Source: a virus (taxonomy: Duplodnaviria; Caudoviricetes). Taken from it: a stretch of 48,579 nucleotides of DNA. The translations under genes and the position numbers were made by a program. The notes under the pieces are model-generated. The model made no database searches and was not told where the DNA came from. It worked only from the letters and a program-made list of their open reading frames with translations. This document shows, one piece after another, positions 45,441 to 48,579 of the stretch. The stretch spans positions 1 to 48,579 of the IMG/VR virus record IMGVR_UViG_3300017544_000275; one strand, 5' to 3'. Position 1 is the first letter of the stretch. Each line of letters starts with the position of its first letter.

Positions 45441-45465
45441 AACGCCGCTTGTCACTGCCTGTTCC
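45441..45465 (-). promoter_or_regulatory. sigma-EcfG promoter GGAAC-N16-CGTT (exact consensus)
   Basis: GGAAC AGGCAGTGACAAGCGG CGTT immediately 5' of sRNA 1. Confidence 0.75.
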
Positions 45466-45526
45466 CCATCCTGATCTCATTTGGAGGCAACCATGCACAG
45501 CCTGCCCATGCGCGGGGAGCGATCCC

Positions 45527-46372
45527 ATGCGTGAAACCCTTCCCCAGGCTCTTACCCTCATGTTCGGCGACGAGGGCGGCTATGTGAACCGCAAGACGGA
45601 CGCGGGCGGCCCGACGAAATACGGCATCACGCAGCGGACGCTGAGCGCGGATCTCGGCCGACCGGCCTCGATCGACGACGTGCGGAACCTCACGCTCGCG
45701 CGGGCCGAGGCGATCTATCGCAAGAGCTATTGGACGCAGAGCGGCGGCGACCTGCTGCCGGCCGGCCTCGACTATGCCGTGTTCACTTCCGGCGTCATGT
45801 CCGGCCCGGCCAAGGCCGTGCGGCTCCTGCAGCAGCTGGTCGGCGTGCCGGCCGACGGCATCGTCGGCGTGCAGACCTTCGACGCGGTGCGCCGCTACGG
45901 TCCGGTCGAGAACCTGATCCGCGCCTATTGCGACGCCTACATGGCCTTCCTGCGCGGCATCAAGGGGCCGCAGGGCTTCGTCGCCAACGGCCGCGGCTGG
46001 ACGATCCGGATCACCGGCAAGGACCCGAAAGGGCAGTGGAAGGCGCAGCCGGGCGTCATCGGCCATTCGCTGGCGCTCGCGGCGGCCGCGAAGCCTTCGG
46101 CCCCGGCTCCGGAGATCGAGCCGACGAGGTCGCCGGCAGACCGCCTGGTTGCGGACGCCATGTCGGCCAAGGCCGTTCCGCCACCGGCGAAGCCGCTGAC
46201 CGATCCGGCCGTGATCGCCACCACGGTGACCGCCGGAACCGGCGTGCTGTCGGCGCTCTCCGGTCTCAATGGCCCCATCGCCTGGGCTGTCGCCGCCGTC
46301 ATCGTGGCAGGCGCAATCTTCGTCGGCCTCCGCTACTGGCGGGGCGTCAAGGAAGCCGAGGCGGCGGCATGA
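45527..46372 (+). CDS. Endolysin, glycoside hydrolase family 108, with C-terminal TM segments
   Basis: EGGYVN...D.GGPT.YGIT; YW.....D.LP.GLDY.VF; DGIVG.QT; F...GRGW..R. Confidence 0.92.
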   Translation: MRETLPQALTLMFGDEGGYVNRKTDAGGPTKYGITQRTLSADLGRPASIDDVRNLTLARAEAIYRKSYWTQSGGDLLPAGLDYAVFTSGVMSGPAKAVRLLQQLVGVPADGIVGVQTFDAVRRYGPVENLIRAYCDAYMAFLRGIKGPQGFVANGRGWTIRITGKDPKGQWKAQPGVIGHSLALAAAAKPSAPAPEIEPTRSPADRLVADAMSAKAVPPPAKPLTDPAVIATTVTAGTGVLSALSGLNGPIAWAVAAVIVAGAIFVGLRYWRGVKEAEAAA

Positions 46373-46629
46373 GCGCGCTGTGGGCGTGGTTCCTCGGCAC
46401 GCGTGCCGGCCGGTTCGCCGCCGGCGCGCTGGCCATCGTCGTCATCGCCGGCGCCGCCTTCCTGCAGGCGTTGGCCATGGGCCGCGCGCAGCAGCGCGCG
46501 AGCGACGCGGCCGACCGGCTCAAGGGCATTTCGAACAGGAGGGCCAGCGATGAAGCGGTCGACCGGATGGATGCTGGCGCTCGCCGGCGTGAGCTTGATG
46601 GCTGGATGCGCGACAAGCCGAAGCGGTGA
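46369..46629 (+). CDS. Putative inner-membrane spanin (Rz-like)
   Basis: N-terminal TM, helical periplasmic tail, after lysin. Confidence 0.65.
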   Translation: MSALWAWFLGTRAGRFAAGALAIVVIAGAAFLQALAMGRAQQRASDAADRLKGISNRRASDEAVDRMDAGARRRELDGWMRDKPKR

Positions 46630-46756
46630 CTTCTGCGACGTCTCCGCGGCGATCCGACCGTCCGTCCATGACGTGCTGACGGACGGGACGACCGAGCAGA
46701 TCCTGAAGCATAACCGCCACGGCACCAGGGCCTGCGGCTGGAAGGAGCGGGGCTGA
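46550..46756 (+). CDS. Putative outer-membrane spanin lipoprotein (Rz1-like)
   Basis: LMAGC lipobox; overlaps the Rz-like gene in another frame. Confidence 0.7.
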   Translation: MKRSTGWMLALAGVSLMAGCATSRSGDFCDVSAAIRPSVHDVLTDGTTEQILKHNRHGTRACGWKERG

Positions 46757-47127
46757 TGGACGGCAGTCTTCACGAGATTAACCGCACGCTCGGCGGGCTG
46801 ACGGCGACCGTCGAGCGGATGGAAAGGGCGCTCGCCTCGTCCGACCTCAAGGCGGACAATCATCGATCGAACGTGCACCGCCGGCTCGACGACATGCTCG
46901 ACACCACCGGCGAGATCGAGCGCCGGCTCGATCACCTCGAGGGGAGGGTGGCCGGGGTCGACAAGTCGCTCCGGGACGATGTCATGCCGACCGTCACCGA
47001 GGTGCGGATCTGGAAGCAGCGCGGTGTCGGCGCGCTGTTCGTCGCGGGCATCGCCGGCAGCTTCGTCGGCGCCGGTGTCGCCTGGATGTGGCAGGAGCTG
47101 GTCGCGAAGGTGATGCGGCTGGGGTGA
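46756..47127 (+). CDS. Coiled-coil protein with C-terminal TM (DUF1515/holin-like)
   Basis: R..VHRRLD...V.PTV......KQRG.GAL; last gene of lysis cassette. Confidence 0.65.
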   Translation: MDGSLHEINRTLGGLTATVERMERALASSDLKADNHRSNVHRRLDDMLDTTGEIERRLDHLEGRVAGVDKSLRDDVMPTVTEVRIWKQRGVGALFVAGIAGSFVGAGVAWMWQELVAKVMRLG

Positions 47128-47182
47128 TGGCTTGCGATCTCCCGTCATTGGAGCATATTCGGGCGCGCCGTGGGAGGGTCAG

Positions 47183-47377
47183 ATGCCGCATCGCATTGTC
47201 GAACTTGAGAGAATTGCCAGCGAATTGTTTCAACTTGGCAAGCGTGCGACCGACATTGGAGAGATGCAATTGGCCAAGGGGATCGTGGATGCCATTGCCA
47301 TTTCGCACGCGTCCAAGACTCGGATTGCCGAAGAGCTGAAGGGGGCAGGCGCGACCGATACCGAAGCGTCGCCGTGA
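47183..47377 (+). CDS. 64-aa hypothetical protein
   Basis: GGGAGG RBS. Confidence 0.55.
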   Translation: MPHRIVELERIASELFQLGKRATDIGEMQLAKGIVDAIAISHASKTRIAEELKGAGATDTEASP

Positions 47378-47454
47378 CGGCTTCGGCTATGCCTCGCCCG
47401 TTGGGGCGGCAGGTCGAACATCACGTTAGTCTGGCTGGTAGCCGCAGGTTGGCT

Positions 47455-47781
47455 CTATCCGCGCTGGCCTTGCATTTTCGAGGGCCGCGGTGCCTCCTCC
47501 CAGACCTGCCACACAGCCTTGTTGATCCTCCTCCTGGCGTCGCGGATCTCGGCTCCATGCTTGTTCGCAAAGGCTTCGGCCGCTTCAGGCGTGCCGAAGC
47601 AGTAGCAGGTATGCCACCTGTCGTTGAATGCGATGCTTCGCTGCTCAGGGGCAGCACCCAGCTGCGCCGCTTCGCGCGCGATTTCTGGCCGCGCCCTTGC
47701 GATGTCGCTCGGGATCGGCACGTAGAACGGCCAGATCCTGTCGAAGAGCGCATCCGACATGCTGCCCCGGTGCCTGCTCAT
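47455..47781 (-). CDS. Hypothetical protein, third gene of LexA-box operon
   Basis: GGAGG RBS; YCF.T.E.AEAF....G. Confidence 0.65.
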   Translation of the reverse strand: MSRHRGSMSDALFDRIWPFYVPIPSDIARARPEIAREAAQLGAAPEQRSIAFNDRWHTCYCFGTPEAAEAFANKHGAEIRDARRRINKAVWQVWEEAPRPSKMQGQRG

Positions 47782-47819
47782 GGCGCACCTCCGTTGGTTC
47801 GAGATTCCACGAGCGCGTG

Positions 47820-48089
47820 CTAGCCAGCCATCGTCGCGAAGCCGTTGGATCCGGGCATGCTGAAATAGACCAGCATCCTGCGGCAGTTGCAGGCCGGGCA
47901 TTTGAGCCGTTCGGCCAGCATCGCAAGCGGAAAGTCCTTGCCGCGCGTCCAGACCAGGGTTGGCATATCGAGATCGATCTTGTGGGGACAGGGGCGCGAG
48001 CCCTTCTTGGCCCTGGCGTCACGGCCGAGGCATTGGGCTGTGGCCTTCCATCCGGCACGATGCGCTTCGCCCAGCGTTTCGACACTCAT
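47820..48089 (-). CDS. Zn-ribbon protein
   Basis: C...C...LD..TLVWTRG.DFP...L..RLKCP.C. Confidence 0.75.
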   Translation of the reverse strand: MSVETLGEAHRAGWKATAQCLGRDARAKKGSRPCPHKIDLDMPTLVWTRGKDFPLAMLAERLKCPACNCRRMLVYFSMPGSNGFATMAG

Positions 48090-48280
48090 GCTTTCCTCTG
48101 AGGCGTCGGCAGCCGTCCGCGTACATATCCGAACGAGGTCCGCGTCGCGCGGTTGTCCGCGGTGAGCAGCAGGGTTTCGATGGTGGCGCGCGCGTCGCCG
48201 TTGTGGGCCGCGAGCAGGCTGTCGACGCGCTTGTCGAGCGCCTGCTGTTCGGCATCCATGATCTCGGCGGCGCGCCCCAT
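48086..48280 (-). CDS. 64-aa hypothetical, first gene of LexA-box operon
   Basis: AAGGAG RBS; H.GDARATI.TLL...S.GYVRGR. Confidence 0.7.
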   Translation of the reverse strand: MGRAAEIMDAEQQALDKRVDSLLAAHNGDARATIETLLLTADNRATRTSFGYVRGRLPTPQRKA

Positions 48281-48301
48281 GACGGTCTCCTTTGGGTTTA
48301 T

Positions 48302-48316
48302 GTTCCTATTTTGTTC
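48302..48316. promoter_or_regulatory. Alphaproteobacterial LexA box GTTC-N7-GTTC overlapping a leftward promoter (-35 TTGACT at 48330-48335)
   Basis: GTTC CTATTTT GTTC. Confidence 0.85.
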
Positions 48317-48399
48317 TCATGCGCACCAGAGTCAATCGGCCTCTGGTTGAAGCCTCTCGATCTCCCCGATAGGCTCGCGCCGGGCTGGGAGAACGAAGC

Positions 48400-48579
48400 A
48401 TGGATGAGGCCGCCTGGCGAAGTGCTGTGCTGCGGGTGATTGTCTGGGCGGGGTTGATCGCCTTGAGCGTCCTCATGTGGTGGATGCTCCTCCGGCTGTT
48501 CATCGCCGCCGGGCCGCTGCCCGCGCCGCAAGCGCCTGGGGCGAATGGTCTGTCTTCTCGACCATCGGGAATCGGATAG
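48400..48579 (+). CDS. 59-aa single-TM membrane protein
   Basis: MDEAAWRSAVLRVIVWAGLIALSVLMWWMLL...; GGGAGA RBS; TAG at window end. Confidence 0.55.
   Translation: MDEAAWRSAVLRVIVWAGLIALSVLMWWMLLRLFIAAGPLPAPQAPGANGLSSRPSGIG

Larger units (their letters stand above)
1..48579. mobile_element. Temperate siphovirus-like prophage (ends, integrase and att sites not seen in window)
   Basis: Lambdoid order: recombination, cI/cro, helicase, terminase, portal, capsid, tail, tape measure, fibres, lysis; many ATGA/GTGA gene overlaps. Confidence 0.97.

Noticed and set aside
19500-47150. Many long opposite-strand and alternate-frame ORFs in the track (e.g. 19508-20473, 22689-23714, 32794-34011, 42490-43461)
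   Set aside because: Shadow ORFs from high GC and codon bias, overlapping clear phage genes, with no motifs
1-48579. Integrase, att sites, rRNA/tRNA genes, IS elements
   Set aside because: None recognisable by eye; prophage boundaries probably lie outside the window

Overview
The window is almost entirely one GC-rich, lambdoid/siphovirus-type temperate prophage of an alphaproteobacterium. Host inference rests on GcrA- and GapR-like genes, a GTTC-N7-GTTC LexA box and sigma-EcfG-type promoters, so Hyphomicrobiales is likely. No integrase or att site is visible. The leftward early operon (1-5717) carries a DNA methyltransferase and RecE/RecT. Its promoter PL and CI operators are followed by a ~240-nt highly structured non-coding segment and a ~4.3-kb accessory cassette downstream of cI. 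Next come the cI/cro switch with three operators and the rightward early operon (CII-like, LexA-DBD-like, GcrA-like, second MTase, GapR-like, Rha/ANT, RuvC-like, DnaB-like, late regulator), with no recognisable replication initiator or primase. Terminase, head and tail genes follow, including a -1 frameshift in the tail chaperone. The right end holds a multi-gene fibre module built around an 18 x 23-aa repeat protein, an antisense moron, a GH108 lysis cassette and a LexA-controlled three-gene operon. The moron has sigma-EcfG-type promoters, two tandem sRNAs and an unannotated 29-aa RiPP/lasso-type precursor peptide. Product calls come from motif recognition by eye, not database searches.
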